Below are positions 1-12,639 of a stretch of DNA of 64,000 bases, one piece after another. The position numbers and the translations under genes were made by a program. The notes beneath the pieces were generated by a model. That model was not told where the DNA came from and did no database searches. It was given only the letters and a program-made list of their open reading frames with translations. This DNA comes from Chiloscyllium plagiosum. Lineage: Eukaryota. Each line of letters opens with the position of its first letter. Position 1 is the first letter of the stretch. The DNA is taken from assembly GCF_004010195.1 (NCBI RefSeq), contig NC_057756.1:2792776-2856775 (forward strand). The letters run 5' to 3'.

Positions 1-59
1 CATGAAACAGGACATCTTGAAACTACTAAATGGTACTGATGCAGAATTAATCATTGACT

Positions 60-1345
60 TATTCGTAGAATATCCCAATGAATTAGTGATCATGGGGTGA
101 CATTAGTTATAATCATTTTGTTGATCAAATGACTGGTTCGGAACAACTGTATTTAATTTAAGATCACGGAATCAGAATGAAATTTGTGATCATCCATGAA
201 CTGGACGAAGACATTATCTGGAATGACAGTCAAACATTGTCAAACGCTTAACGAGATAATACTTGGCTCTCAGAAAAATTATATTCGATTAAGGAGGAAT
301 AATTTCAGACAAAACTACAGTTAACCAAAGAAGATAATGTAAAAGATCTGTGAAAGCTGCAGAGTCTATGAAAAGGGGGACAAAAAAGTTCAGAAATCAA
401 GTATGAGGACAGGGCTAGCGAGTAGTACAGTACAGATTAAAGTAAATCTTCTTTAAAAAAACAATATATATATATATATGTGAGAATTCAGAGTGAGCAT
501 TGTCGTCTCGAAGATGAATGTGAGGAGAAGGTGAGGAGTGGCAATGAAACAATATAACAAGTAAATAGACATGTTTCATGGTGGAAGATACTTCAGATAT
601 TCTTATAATATGGAAGGCACACTAACGAGGAATTCAGTACCATCACCAGTCCTAACTAAGTAACATTCACTAAAGCAACGGCCGTATAGTTAGATAAGCC
701 TGGTGAATCCCATGGCTTTGTACCGAAGATCCTAAAAGATACAGCTAACACTAAAGTCAAAAAAGTGAAGCAATGTCATGTCATTTTGAGTCTGTCCAGG
801 ATATTGGTTTGGCACTTGTAGAATACTGCATTCCATTCTGTCCTCTCTTCTTACAAAAAGACGCTGTGAAGCTTAGAAGTCTTCAGAAAATATTGGCAGT
901 TTTGTTGCAACAGTTGGATTGTGTGATCTACAGAACGAGAACGAATAGTCTGGGACTATTTTCTGTGGACCGTCAGAGACTGAATTATGAAATTATACAA
1001 GTTTGAAGAATCATGAACTATTTGGATAGAATGAATAGATAATATCTTTCTTTTTGCTCGCGTAGGAGAGTCCAAAAATACATAACAAAGTTTTAAATTG
1101 AGAGGAGAAAAAATTATAAGTAACCTTAGGGGATTTTTTTCATGGTGAGTGCATGGGAAAAAAAAAAGCTGCGAGAGGGCGTGGTGGGAGTTGTTAAAAT
1201 AACAACATTTAAAACGTGTCTAGATGGTTACACGAATAGGGTGACTTCGGAGGATTTGGTCCAAATGCTGGATAATAAAACTGGCTTGATTTATCTATTC
1301 AACATGAATGGGTTTCACGGAAGGGTCTGTGTTTGTGCTTAGTCG
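60..1345 (+). mobile_element. Decayed CR1 LINE fragment(s) (endonuclease remnant and 3' ORF2)
   Basis: VIMG(D)-like motif near 88. ORF 773-1006 LALVEYCIPFCPLFLQKDAVKLRSLQK resembles CR1 LVRPHLEYCVQFWSPxYRKDxxALERVQ. The 3' remnant MVSAW..FKTCLDGY is also CR1-like. Confidence 0.75.
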
Positions 1346-1349
1346 TCAA

Positions 1350-1700
1350 TCAATCTATAACCATTTCAAATGCAGTTGATGAGTAATGCAGACAAAACAC
1401 ACAATGCGAGAATAAAGACTTAAGATTGCTGAATTTTAAAGATATCAAAAGGATTCAACTTTTCTAATTGAAAAGTGGTGTTCTATAATGTTTTCCAATT
1501 CCAATTAATCTTTCAATACAGAACTTGATGCTTGTCAGAAAAAGCTCAGAGAAATTGGTAAGAAGCTTCTTGCATGTGTATTTGAAGCTTCAATGTTACT
1601 TATTACCAGTTCATTTGAAGAAAACGCAACAAAACAATGATCTCCATACATGTGAATGTATATTTTGCGTTGGGGATGTTGCACAATGATACAATGATAA
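1350..1700 (-). pseudogene. TOPAZ1: TOPAZ1-like C-terminal fragment (decayed)
   Basis: Minus-strand frames give LKLQIHMQ, FCIERLI, RTPLF and VFCLHYSSTA/LKWL, colinear with TOPAZ1 QILQIVLK, AAVERLI, DPKLF, VYSLEHCSALKWL (reference from memory). Frameshifts and stops present. Confidence 0.65.
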
Positions 1701-1869
1701 TTAATCCAACAAAACAAGCATAAGTGCAAAAGAATCCTTGTGTGAATATGGAATGGATTGAAAACGTAGCTTCCAGTGTGCACTTGAAGCAATATTATTA
1801 CTCTACACAAATATACATTTCGGTATGTAGGGACGGGGCAGTTGGGGGGGGGGGGGGTGAGCTGACATT

Positions 1870-2640
1870 TTCTGTCTCTGTAGATGTTGTTCTTATGATG
1901 AATCTTTTCACAAAAAAGTTAACAGCATGATTCTATCAGCTGAGCAAATCACTGTCATTGCGTACAAGCCAATAACAAGGAACATTTCAAAGAATTACAT
2001 CTTTTAAAGCTTTAAAGAACTTCTGTTAGTTTGAACATTCTGCCTTGAGGGAGAAAAGCAAACTCATTAAGCTTTCACAACGACTTATTAAATTAAAGAT
2101 TGGCCTTGAGATGCAGCAGGTGCCACTTTAAACATATATGAGCACCAGACGCTTTGAAAGTTATTCAGAGAATAACTGCGATCTTTAATTGTCCGAATTA
2201 CACTTCATAAATCGTTTGTAATGATTTTATGGTTTTTATATATGTAGTTTGCCATTTTTGTTTGAAAAGAGCTTTTGAAAGAAGTACCGAATTGTCTATT
2301 CTAAGACAGTAATCAACTTGTGAAGCCCTTTTCTCAATAGTTAATACAATAGAAGCAGCATTTATGGATAGACTCAGGCTTACAAAGAACCAGGTGTTCA
2401 GTTTAACTCTTAGTTTTAGAGGGTAAAATATCATTTATAGAATCTGCTGTATATGTCTCTCTGCCACAGAAAAGCTGGCTTTTCAAATTTCTGTCAGAAT
2501 GCAGGCTCAGTTGTTTTACTTTTCTCCTTGACTATAGAAACATCTTATTACAGAATCTACTTTGTTGAATTCACTTTTGGGGGCAATGTATTTACAGGGG
2601 ATACCAACATTGGAAAACTTACTTCTTATGCAACTAAATG
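1870..2640 (-). pseudogene. TOPAZ1: TOPAZ1-like zinc-finger to helical-region fragment, intronless, decayed
   Basis: Colinear motifs across frames: IPCKY..SQGEK (IPYKY..QGDEK), SINDILPS (VLNDLLNS), MANYIYK (HFNYIVK), TIKDRSYSLNNFQSVW (EMKSRLQMRRFKKNW), LLFSLKAECSN*QKF (KLYINVKMGCEKFADFQTF). Confidence 0.65.
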
Positions 2641-2644
2641 ATAT

Positions 2645-2945
2645 CATTTTCTGTTAATTTTCCATTAAAGTTAATGATATGCAAGTTTGTCTTTATTTTG
2701 TTTTATCTCTTAACTTGACGTAAGAATAAAATTGGATTGCTTAAAGCTGAGTTGGGTGACTGATCAAATTGCATCAGGAATACCGTAGTTTCGGCTCGCA
2801 GTTTAAGTAACATAAACTGGTCGAGGATATCTCTTTGATACATTTCAAGCGTGTTTGGTCCACTCCGTAGCAAACTGGGAATTCGTTCTGGATAAAAAGC
2901 CTATCATTCCAGTCATGTTGAGGTTGCTAGGGATCAAAGACAGTG
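2645..2945 (-). pseudogene. TOPAZ1: Second TOPAZ1-like C-terminal fragment
   Basis: LSLIPSNLNMTGM (LLLIPSYLSEIEM) and SALSNPILFLRQVK (ARISDPKLFVKHMT). Confidence 0.55.
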
Positions 2946-3214
2946 GTTTGTGGGCATTGTTGTCTCTTTTGGCGGGGGGGGGGGGGGGGTGTTGCATTCG
3001 GTTGTGATAAGTAAGTTTTACCTTGTCTCAGAATGATTCTATCAAAGGCTGTAGGGCTCCAGGTTGGGTGAAAGTACAAAATCCTTGTGGCTGTGAGGAA
3101 AGGGGGAGATATTTACAACAATAACTCTGCATTTATAATTATCAGGAATGCATTCGGAATCATTGAAGTTTGCTAAATTTGAATAGCAAATGAAGCAGTA
3201 TAAAACAGAGTTGA

Positions 3215-3690
3215 TACGGGAGGACAGATCTGAAGACCTCCTCATGTGTCTGCTCTTGGGCCTGGCCAAACTGGCCATAAACATGTCCAGGCAGCGTGCC
3301 GTGGAGGGGGTCTTTAGGAGTGACTGCCTGCCCATCTTCCATGGTTATTTTAGAGCCCGGGTGTCTCTGGAGAAGAATCACGCGGTGTCCACCAATACCC
3401 TGGAGTTGTTCAGGGATAGTTGTGGAGTGTATTACTTCCCTATGCAATTCTACTTTGATTTAACCCCTACCCTACCCTTCACTGTTTGATCAAGCGGCAT
3501 TGCCCTTTGATGTGAAGGGCACTGCTTGTCACTGGCTAATCGGGTGTTTCCTTTCTTCCTGGTGTTGGCAACTGAATAAAGGTTCGTGCACGTTGTGTCT
3601 TTCACTGTATCTTACACCTGCATACACACAATATGGGTGCTGGGGTTAAACAAAAACACTACCGTAATTATGCGGTAGTCTGGGGGTAAA
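3215..3690 (+). mobile_element. Tx1/L1-clade non-LTR retrotransposon 3' fragment
   Basis: ORF 3190-3489 LLGLAKLAINMSRQRAVEG..CLPIFHGYFRARVSLEKNHAVSTNTLELFR resembles the C-terminal ORF2 of Tx1-like elements; followed by a 3' UTR with AATAAA. Confidence 0.6.
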
Positions 3691-4099
3691 AAAAAGGCAT
3701 GTCAGACATTCTGAAAAATAAAACAGAATTGATGTCAAGGGAAAAGGAAAAGAAGGAATGGTCGAACAGAACAAAGAGCTAAAAAGAGAGAATAGAGGGC
3801 GAAAGTGAAAGTTTCTGAGCTTCAGGAATTTAGTAGGAAAGATGAGTCTTTTCAAAATAGAGAGAGTATAATATAGGAGCAGTAATGTATTTAAATAATA
3901 CCAAGCACATTAACAAACTTTAATGAGAACGCATTTGAGAATGGTGACAAATAAATGAAATGCCAGGAGACCACGTGGTTATTGATAATTCAAACAAAAT
4001 TCATAGTTAACGTTCGTGAGGTGTTTGCTGCATTATTGGAGGAGGTATCTGGGAATTATAACGTGATGTAAAAGAAATTACAATATGTAGGATGATGCT

Positions 4100-4600
4100 G
4101 TTCATTCACCAAGGTTACGGTATTCTTGGCTTTCTTTTCTCAGAGCATTCGTAAACGTAGTGATCCTGAAATGTAGCGATTCTGGCATTAAATGGCTATT
4201 AGGGCCATCTTGATTATTGCTAACAAATGCTGCCTCATTCAAAAGGCTTTCAAGTGTAAAAACAAATCTTATGCATATAGAAAGAGGGATATCCACTTCT
4301 CGCAGCTCAGATTTTCTCTGGTTTACTTTGCTGAGCAAGCAGTTTTTTTCTGATACTCCTGGCCACAAAGGAGTAGGTCCATGTCAATCCACTCTTTGTG
4401 ACATTTATCCTGTAGGAACCTGTCTGTGACATTTTTCTTTGGAGGCAAGCGTTTATTGTGGAGATTATTACAAGTGTTTAGAACAGAATCATAAAGTTGT
4501 GATTTTTTTGGGGGGGTGGATTTCCTTAAGGTTAAGTTATTCTGTACTCTATTCTCTTTGGTTTGTGTTTCATTTGGCAATCTTGTAAATGAAGTCTGTT
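4100..4600 (-). pseudogene. TOPAZ1: TOPAZ1-like N-terminal low-complexity region fragment
   Basis: Overlapping S/N/K-rich ORFs 4102-4368 and 4323-4580; a third frame reads KSGLTWTYSFVARS, similar to TOPAZ1 MTGKRTWPYYSCARI. Confidence 0.45.
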
Positions 4601-4619
4601 TTATGTAAAAATGTGTGGT

Positions 4620-5210
4620 TTTACCAGTTGCATCACTCCTGGAATACCTGTGTTACACGCCCCATAACAAATCACAAATTTTGGTCTGGGCTACATTTTT
4701 GAACTGTTATCAGAGGACTGGTGTAATCCATAACAGACACATATATGAGAATTTTGCAGGAGATCTTTCGCAATCTAAGAAGGGACCCTTAGCAAAATTG
4801 TCTAAATTTTGGAAAGCTCAAACGAAGTAACATTTCGAAAGATTTGAGGGAAAAGAAAATAGACCAGATACATGGTGCGTTTAGAGGACAAATGATTCTG
4901 GGAAAGGTCCAAAAGTCATTGCTCAGACGCTGAGAACTCACGTGAAGGGGCAAAGAGTTGAAACTCTATGTGTGGCAGCAGAAATGGCAGATTATTGAGT
5001 TTCTGATGTCAATTTCAATGCATGCCAGAAAAAAATTGTGAAATGAAGAAATCACCAGGTATTGAAACAAAAGAAAATCTCATTGAAGCTACCAAATATA
5101 GCTTACCACAAGCTTTAAACGAAATTTAGGACTGGTGAATAGAAACGATAACGTGTTACCACTGTATAGTGTAAGACACATGAAGTCAATGCTACTTTTT
5201 AAGAAATGTA
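4620..5210 (+). mobile_element. Decayed Gypsy (Gmr1-like) gag fragment
   Basis: RTHVKGQRVETLCVAAEMADY (SCAN/gag-like) followed by a CYHC..HMKSQC-type zinc-knuckle remnant. Confidence 0.65.
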
Positions 5211-5254
5211 CTGAGAAGGCTGATGAATAAAACAAAATCAGATTTGTTTGTCTT

Positions 5255-6100
5255 ATTTCAAGTTTTAACAGATATCACAATATCAGATCAAGAGCTGCAA
5301 ACGAAGTAGAGTCTGTTCAGAGGGTGGTTAAAAAGAAAGTGCCAGGTCTCTTTAAATAATTTGACTTCCTGGATAAGGTTAATCCATCTGCACCAAGAGA
5401 AGAACGTCGAAAAATTAAATTTAAAGAGACTGTGTGTGTCATGGGTGAGGAGGTGTATGCTTCAGGAGGGGTATCGCCAGAAAAGTAGGTAATATGTCGA
5501 ATTCATCGTTAGAACAGTAGTGTTCCATATAATACGTCGAGGCTAGAGCAGCTAATGAAAAGCGGTGAAGTGAGTTTTGTGTAATACATAAAATCTCTCT
5601 TATGGACGTGCCATCCATATTTGGGAATGGCAAACATGGAACATTCCCACTTTGTGGTTGAAACGCAAATGAAACATACATGCAACTGAGATGTGACAGG
5701 AAGCATATCATGAACATATTCCTGACTTTACAGTAAAACTTCAGAAAGCCACACTTTAAAACTGGAGAAATGAAAGAATAAAGGCAACCAATTTGCATTT
5801 CGGTTCAAAGAAACTGTATTAGAAAAATACTGAGATATAAGAAAGAAAGCAGAAGTCCTGTTGAACTACAAAAAAAAACGTAAACCAGTTACATCGGAAA
5901 GCATACAAATTAGAACAATCTGTGTTTACCCCAAAACGTTATTATCTTAAAATGAAAATTTCTGATGAAATGGAGAGTATTACATATTCAAGAAAATTTT
6001 AAAAGCGGTAGAAGTTCAGCAAGTTGCATTATCAGTGTAGTCCCAAAATGAAGTGTGGCAGGGAACACAGGAACTAACAGGTTGTGCTTCTTTGAGACTA
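5255..6100 (+). pseudogene. MORC2: MORC1/MORC2-like fragment (CC1-S5-CW), intronless, decayed
   Basis: Colinear motifs: RSRAANEVESVQRV (KTRAEQEVKKAEHV), LEQLMKSGEVSFV (QRALKEPKELNFV), LQ*NFRKPHFKTGEMKE*RQ (LEPTHNKQDFADAKEYRH), VLEKY*DI (HLAQYWKDI), FLMKWRVLHIQ (LCLKWRTLPFQ). Spacing is close to the protein spacing. Confidence 0.7.
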
Positions 6101-6149
6101 AGACAAACACAAGATATTAAAAAAAAACATTTTTCTACTCCTGGAATGC

Positions 6150-6730
6150 ATAGAGATTGAATTTTGATCGACTTGTCACATATGACATCTTATAGCGAAA
6201 CGTCAGGCAGTGATAAGATTAATACAAATTCAAGTATTTGCAGAATATTTTAGAAACTACTTAGTTGCTTGCGTTGGCCCCATCCATAAAAACAGAAAAT
6301 TGGAATCCACATTTGCTGTACGAATGTAAGTTTGGACAATATATCGAGAGGCCATGGCTAAAAGGAATGCTGAAGATTTTTCTAGAATTTTTAACTAGTT
6401 ATGAACTACCTAAACAAATGCAATCAGGTCAGTGGTCAAATATTAGATCAATTTTTTTTCAACGAGTTACGGATAGCTTAGGAGTAACCAATTTTCATAG
6501 ATTTTGTATTATACAGAGTCGCAAGGAACATCCGAACTATGAACGTTAGAAGATAGTGAGTATTTAGTGCTTACAGTTAAGACTATCCAGTACAGCGAGG
6601 TACCAGAATTCCGGTCGTGTTGTTTTAATTGTGTAATTAGGGATGCATTTTAAGAATCATCTAAATTCATTTGAATTAATTTTCGGATATAAAGCAGGTG
6701 TACTACCGAAATTAATGTTTGCTGAGAATG
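6150..6730 (+). mobile_element. Decayed Gypsy integrase fragment
   Basis: ORF 6265-6549 LTSYELPKQMQSGQWSNIRS matches the integrase core FxxYGLPxxIQSDQGSNF. Confidence 0.7.
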
Positions 6731-6899
6731 GCACAGCCTTAAGCAGCATTGGTGACTCTTCAGATACTGAAGCAATTTGTGTTCAAATGCAAATTTATCT
6801 ATATGATAACGACATTTGCCAGAAGTTGGCAAGTAATTGCTCGACCTAAATGTCAGCCATTGAGTACCACTAATTGAGTACCACTACCTAATCATTATA

Positions 6900-7550
6900 C
6901 TTTTACATTTACTGTTAATGCCATATCTGAAACCCATATGATCAACAACCTGGGGGTTACCACTAATCAAAAACTCAGTTGTGCTCACCACATGAACAGA
7001 GTGGTTGCAAGAGAAGATCATTTGCCAGGAATAATGCAATGAGTAACTGAACTGATGTTGCACACCATCTACGAGGAATGCGATGAAATGCGACCACACA
7101 GTTGACTGCATGAGTATGAAACTCCAATAATACTAAGAAAATTGACCCAACCGAGCAAAAAGGAGCCTACTTAATTATCAATGCGTTTATATATACCTAC
7201 TGTCTCCACACCGAAATTTCAGTCAGAGAATTGTGTAATTTCTACGTGACATACTGAGAAATTCACGAGTGATCCTCAACGACAAAAACAGTATACATTT
7301 GGGATTACCACCAACTTCATGCAACTTCCCTCTGCACTCCAAGTCGCTTCCCATTCTGACTTGGAAAAAAAATCGTCGTTTCCTCACTGCCTTTGGGTCA
7401 ACATCTTGTAATACCCTCACCAGTGTCATTGCAAGTAAACCTACAGCACGTGAACTTCAACAGTTCAAGACAGAAGCTCATCACCTCCTTCTTAATTGCA
7501 AATGGGGACAAGCAATGAATGCAGGCAAACAAGAATTGCCGACCTTTGAC
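6900..7550 (+). mobile_element. Decayed L2-like LINE 3' fragment
   Basis: ATCAACAACCTGGGGGTTACC.. RT-end pattern and a 3' end resembling GGGCAATAAATGCTGGCC, typical of shark L2-like LINE/Deu-SINE tails. Confidence 0.55.
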
Positions 7551-7869
7551 AAATAACAACCTTTTGCCTTTTATAAAAAAAGGAAAATTGGTAAATCAGA
7601 GTTCAGAGACAACATATTTGGACTGTGTGTCAAAGATTAGTAGTTAAGCAAAATATTCATCTGCTAAAATTGCCAATAGATTTTAAGTTATGGCAGTTTC
7701 TTGTTTCTTTCGTTGCATTTTAAATATAGTGCATCAATAAAACGGTGTTTTGCTTCAAGTTGAGTAGTTTGACCATTCGAATTGCAGCTGCTACAAAACT
7801 CCATACATTATATATTAAAACAATAAATAGTTGGAGACTATGTATCTGCATCTATATATATGTTTTAGG

Positions 7870-8290
7870 GGGTTACTCTGATCCACAACAACTGGGACTG
7901 TTATCATGATCAAAATCTCAAATTGCAGGTTCAATACAGCATGGTTGGACTCCAAGGCAGCGAGAAGAAATGTGTCAGTGTCAATTATTTCGCCTGCTAA
8001 ATTTGCATGATTGAAAATGGATTTGTGAAATGTAATAATAGTTATTTTACTTACTCAGATGTTCCTTCACATGGAAGACGGCACTTCAGGAATTTTACAG
8101 GAAGTAAACAAGGCAATGCTTTTGGAAACGGCCAACAATTGATGTTGAAGTTGTCTCTGTCTCACAGAGAAGGGGATGCCGTTGGAGCAATCGGGCAGCA
8201 TTTACAGATGTTAGCATACCATCGAAATTTTTAGAAATAGATAAAATTGCACTGATAATTAAACAGCTTTAACATGAAAAGTGAAAGAGC
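7870..8290 (+). pseudogene. MORC2: MORC-like GHKL ATPase N-terminal fragment
   Basis: LDSKAARRNV (RDADATRIDI), MFLHMEDGTSG (MLCFLDDGAG), AIGQH (QIGQY), FLEIDKIALI (SMRIGKDFIL) in colinear order. Confidence 0.5.
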
Positions 8291-8549
8291 AGTTTGAATT
8301 ACAATTAAAGCAGAGGGCGGGAAAGGAATGCAGAAGACAAAAAGGGAGATGCCAAGAAAAATTGATAAAATTAATATAGCAGAGGTAGACATAAAAAGGA
8401 GGAGGAGTGCTGAGTACAGGAATGGAGAGCAATTCATTGCAAATAATTGTCTGGTGGGAATTATTTTATACACGACCAATTGTTGCCTTCGTCTGTCGGG
8501 AAGAAGGTAAATTTTATTTCTGCAAGTGGTTAAACAAATAAAATGGCTG

Positions 8550-9520
8550 GCGACGCGGTGAGCATAGTTTTTTTTTCAAAACAAGTTGGCAGGTAGAGCG
8601 AGTGAGGAACCGAACAACCCAATGTATCAGGGAAAATCCTGAACTTTAGCCAAAACCGAGAGAAAACGTTTTATGAATAGGGGGAGCTTCCCTGGTCAAC
8701 ACTTAATAAATTTGAAGACTTCAAACAATGATATTTTGTGGTTACAGTTGGAGTAGGGTGAGCGACAGCGAGACCAGGGACCCGACGGGGAGGTACATTT
8801 AAAATATATACATTTATCTCGGGGGCTCAGTGTTATTCTTTTTTTTTGGCGACAGTTCAATTGAGAGGAGCGACAGAGTGGACCAGAGGTTAAAATTAAC
8901 ACATACAAACTTACATCGCTGGTACAGCATTCTTCGTTTTTTTCGGAGGCACATCGAGTGGAACGAGCGACATCGAGTGGAACGAGTTGGGATGGTAAAT
9001 TTAATGTATATAAGAACTTACCTCATGTATATGTGGAGCTCACGCTAAGCAGGAGCAGTCACGTGTCTGCTAAGTGACGCTTTATATTTGGGTGCCTCTG
9101 TACCTGAAGCACTACTCGGTAATGGCTCCCACTAGTACTCCTCCTCCAACAAGAAAAAATCATTCTGTTCGCTGGATTGTTAAGGCGATTAGTTTTGTTT
9201 ATTTTTAGTTGTTCCCTTGTCTTGTTGGGAATATAGAGTACTGAGAATGGAGGTTAGGGCAGTAGGGTTGTAAAGAAGACAGACGGTGTGTCTCTGCATT
9301 GTGGGAAGGATTTGAAAGCTTTGGAAAGGGTTCAAAGAAGATTTTAAGAATGCTACCTGTTATGGAGGGAAGGCATTCCGAGGAAAGTCTGATAGACTTG
9401 AGGCTGTTTTCATGAAGGAGACGAAGATTGATAGCTGTCTTGTAAGATGAAACATATAGGATAATTAGAGGGTTAAATAGGTTGGACAGTGAGTGTCTTT
9501 TTCCTCAGATGGCGATGGAA
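8550..9520 (+). mobile_element. CR1 5' UTR/ORF1 start fused to a CR1 ORF2 3' fragment
   Basis: ATGGAGGTTAGGGCAGT ORF1-like start near 9247, immediately followed by KDLKALERVQRRF-type sequence. Confidence 0.55.
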
Positions 9521-12500
9521 AGATTCGACTATATTCCTGTACAGCGCAGGGCAGTAAAAACGTTTTTGAACTTTAGCTAACTTTTTTCTCATTCCGAAAT
9601 GCCTACATTGTTTTAGCTTATGCACCACTTTCAACATGTCCTTTCTATAAACCAGTGGCAACACGATTTGATGAACTTCTGTCCATGTCTGATTTGCCTG
9701 AAGATGTGACAGTTGCCATTTTCTCAGTTAGAGATCATTTTAAGCTCACAACATTCATAGTTACTTTCGGGTTCTTTTTCCATGCATGCTTGTTGATACA
9801 ATTGCTTTAAAACTTTGTCTTTCTGCTGTAATTCAAATGATTGTTCTGAGCTACAGATGTCTGTTGTGCCATCTATTTGTTCTTGGTGTGTGTGCACCGT
9901 CGAATCAAATACAGTTCAAGCTAATTTCATTTCCACTTTCTTACCTGCACATTTTAATCTCTCCATTTTAATTGGTGACGTTGTGACCTCGTTGTCACTC
10001 AGTCAGGAAAAAAAAATCACAAGTTATGTGTTCGACAATAATTCAGTTGCCTGAGTTTCCACTGGCGTTTCATCCACAATAGGCTGCCTCTAAATCAGCT
10101 CTACCATTAGGAAGGACAAATTGCATTCCTGGGACTGAGCCTTTGCCCACTACACAGATCACGACTTCCTTATTCTTCACTGAACAGTCTAACCTCAATT
10201 AACTTAATTGAACACTCCTTATCTCACCATGAGTTTCTGTTACTCGTAAATTTTCTGGTAGTAGTCGTTCAAAGGTACAAGTTTCCACATCTTTCAACAT
10301 CACAGATAGAGACAATCCTGGGTCCCATCCCGGCATGTACTCACTTGCTCTATTTAATCATTTCCCAAATTTCACACATCGCCCAAATATGTGGTCTCTG
10401 AGTTCTAAATTATCAATTTATCCGTAATCAATGCTTGCTGTCTTCTGACTTCAGGATGAAAACTTATTCAAATGGACTGCATTTGATCGTTTCAACTGGT
10501 ACAATTTGTACATGCTTGTGCAGCTTTCCAATCTCCACTGTGCTTTCTGTTACCACTCCATCAAGCTTCACTGGTTTATCCTGTTTTCCTGTATCTGGCT
10601 TCACTTTGCTTTCCCTAAACCATCAATACTGTGACATTATTTCACCTACATTGTTGCAGAGATATCACCAAAGCTTTTTTAGCTTCGCCATCCATTTTAA
10701 CGGAACTTCATATTTTTATCTGTGATCAGTCAGCGTGCTGACCTTCACTAATATCTACCTTTCTTTTTCCAATAGAGCATTTATCTACCCCCGAATCTCT
10801 TTCCCTCACAGATTGGTACTGGTCATGGAATCCAAACTTTGCTTTATGGACCAACTCATAATCATCAACCATTTCACCCGCTAATCTTGCCATGTTAACA
10901 GCCTGCACTTCAAGATGGATTCCAAGTACCCAGGAAGAGAATTTTTGAATTCCACCAAAGTAATCATCTGTCTAAGGGGGTCATAGTTTTGCTTAATTTT
11001 TGATTCCCTTATCAACTTTTCAAAATCACTTTGCTTCATCCTCTCAAACTCAACCTAGGTTTGACCAGGGTCTCTCCTTCGATGCATTAAGCGTTGTCTG
11101 TAGAATTCTGGCATAAACTCACGAGATTAAGAGGGCTTACTTCATCTCCTTATACACTCAAGATATCTCATTTGATAGTGATGCGATCAGCTCACTAGCT
11201 CTTCCTAAACGTCTGCTTTGGTTTTCGCAAATCCCACTTGGTCACTGGTCAGTGCACGTGTTTAGCCATTTGCTTAAATGAGACAAAAAGGACGTCGACG
11301 TCTTTCTCATCAAGTGGGGAAATGCTTGTACATATTTAAACAGGTCTTTGGATACCATGGGTTTGCTCATCCTCACTCTATTCCTCACGAAGCTTACCAT
11401 CAGCCTTAATGTCAATCTTTTTTTTAAGATGACCTTCCTATCTACCTGAAAAGGTTTGGTGTTCAAGCTGCCTCTCTTTCTTGCTTTACTCTCTCACTTT
11501 TTCTCTCTCTTCTCTCTCTCGTTTTCTCTTTCCTTTGCTTTTAATCACAATTCAAACTGTTACATTAATGTTGCCCTTCCCTTGTTTTTTTGTCTCCAAA
11601 TCAAGCTCCTTCGTTTATACTTGAATTTTAGACATCGCTAACGATTCTGATGGCATTTCCAGCTAATTTAAATGCTGAGCTATTGCTGTTAGGATATCTA
11701 ATTTTCTCACGTAAGGAGGTAGCTCCATCTTCAACCTGACAGATATATCCAGCAGCTTGGCCTTTATCACATTTATTTTAAAACCCAAGGTCACTTCTAC
11801 CACATCCCATAAAACTCTTGAAGGCAGAAAGCCATTGCTAATCGCAGCACTGTTTAAATCAACCTAATTCCTTAAGCACAACAATGTAGACTAACACTTA
11901 CCAGTCACTGCTTTTGAGTGCAACAACCCTAATCCCAAATCGGAACTGTTAAAGGAACTGTTAAAGGAATCCCGCAAAAATCCACAAATCTGGTATGTCC
12001 CCGGCCAGACTCTCTCAAAACATTTTAAGAATGTCACCCAGTCCCTAACTTTTCTCGTTTTTATTCGGCAGGTGCACGCGGGTTTGCCAGGATTGATGAA
12101 ACTGTTCAACCCATTCAATTTTAAACAAAACCGAATTCATTTACAACAATACCTAGTAAACACAAATTAAAGTGAACAATATACTGAATGACTTCACTTA
12201 TCCGAATAGGAAACAGACATTTCAAACTTGATTTTATTCCCAATAATTGCAACAATCCCCATAAACACTCCTGAACACAAAACGTAAAATCAAATTAATA
12301 ATGTGATAGGAGAGGTGTCAAAGAAAGAGTGTACCAACATGGACCTGCGTCTTTGATTTCAGCAGTTTCACAATACTACTGCTGAAAACCAGACGAAAAG
12401 AGAGATAAAACGAGGTAGGAGAACTAGTCACTCTACTTTCATTGTGCAAGTGTTTTGTTATATAATTAAACTCCTTTTGCCTGAGACAATACCTGTCAGC

Positions 12501-12635
12501 TACAGTCACATTGGCCTGAAAACCTTTCAACTCAGACTTTCTGGAACCTCTGCCTTCTAAGTTGTCTCTGCGAAAGAAAAAACAACATAACTTTGATAAT
12601 GGAGCGGCATCATCTTAAACAGAAAATTATTCGGA
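9520..12635 (-). mobile_element. Decayed Gmr1-like Gypsy element: LTR, gag, protease, integrase zinc-binding domain
   Basis: ORF 9473-9664 (VHKLKQCRHFGMRKKLAKVQKRFYCPAL, integrase H2C2 region) and ORF 10726-10908 (ARLAGEMVDDYELVHK, gag). LTR-like sequence at about 11990-12635. Confidence 0.75.
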
Positions 12636-12639
12636 CTTC

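Noticed and set aside
1522..1557. Apparent 36-nt plus-strand exon (cag|..ELDACQKKLREI..|gtaag)
   Set aside because: No partner exons found, and it lies within the minus-strand TOPAZ1-like remnant; likely chance splice-like signals.
3890..4080. Possible MORC motifs EMPGDHVVI and EVFAALLEEV
   Set aside because: Very short and out of order; cannot be told from chance by eye.
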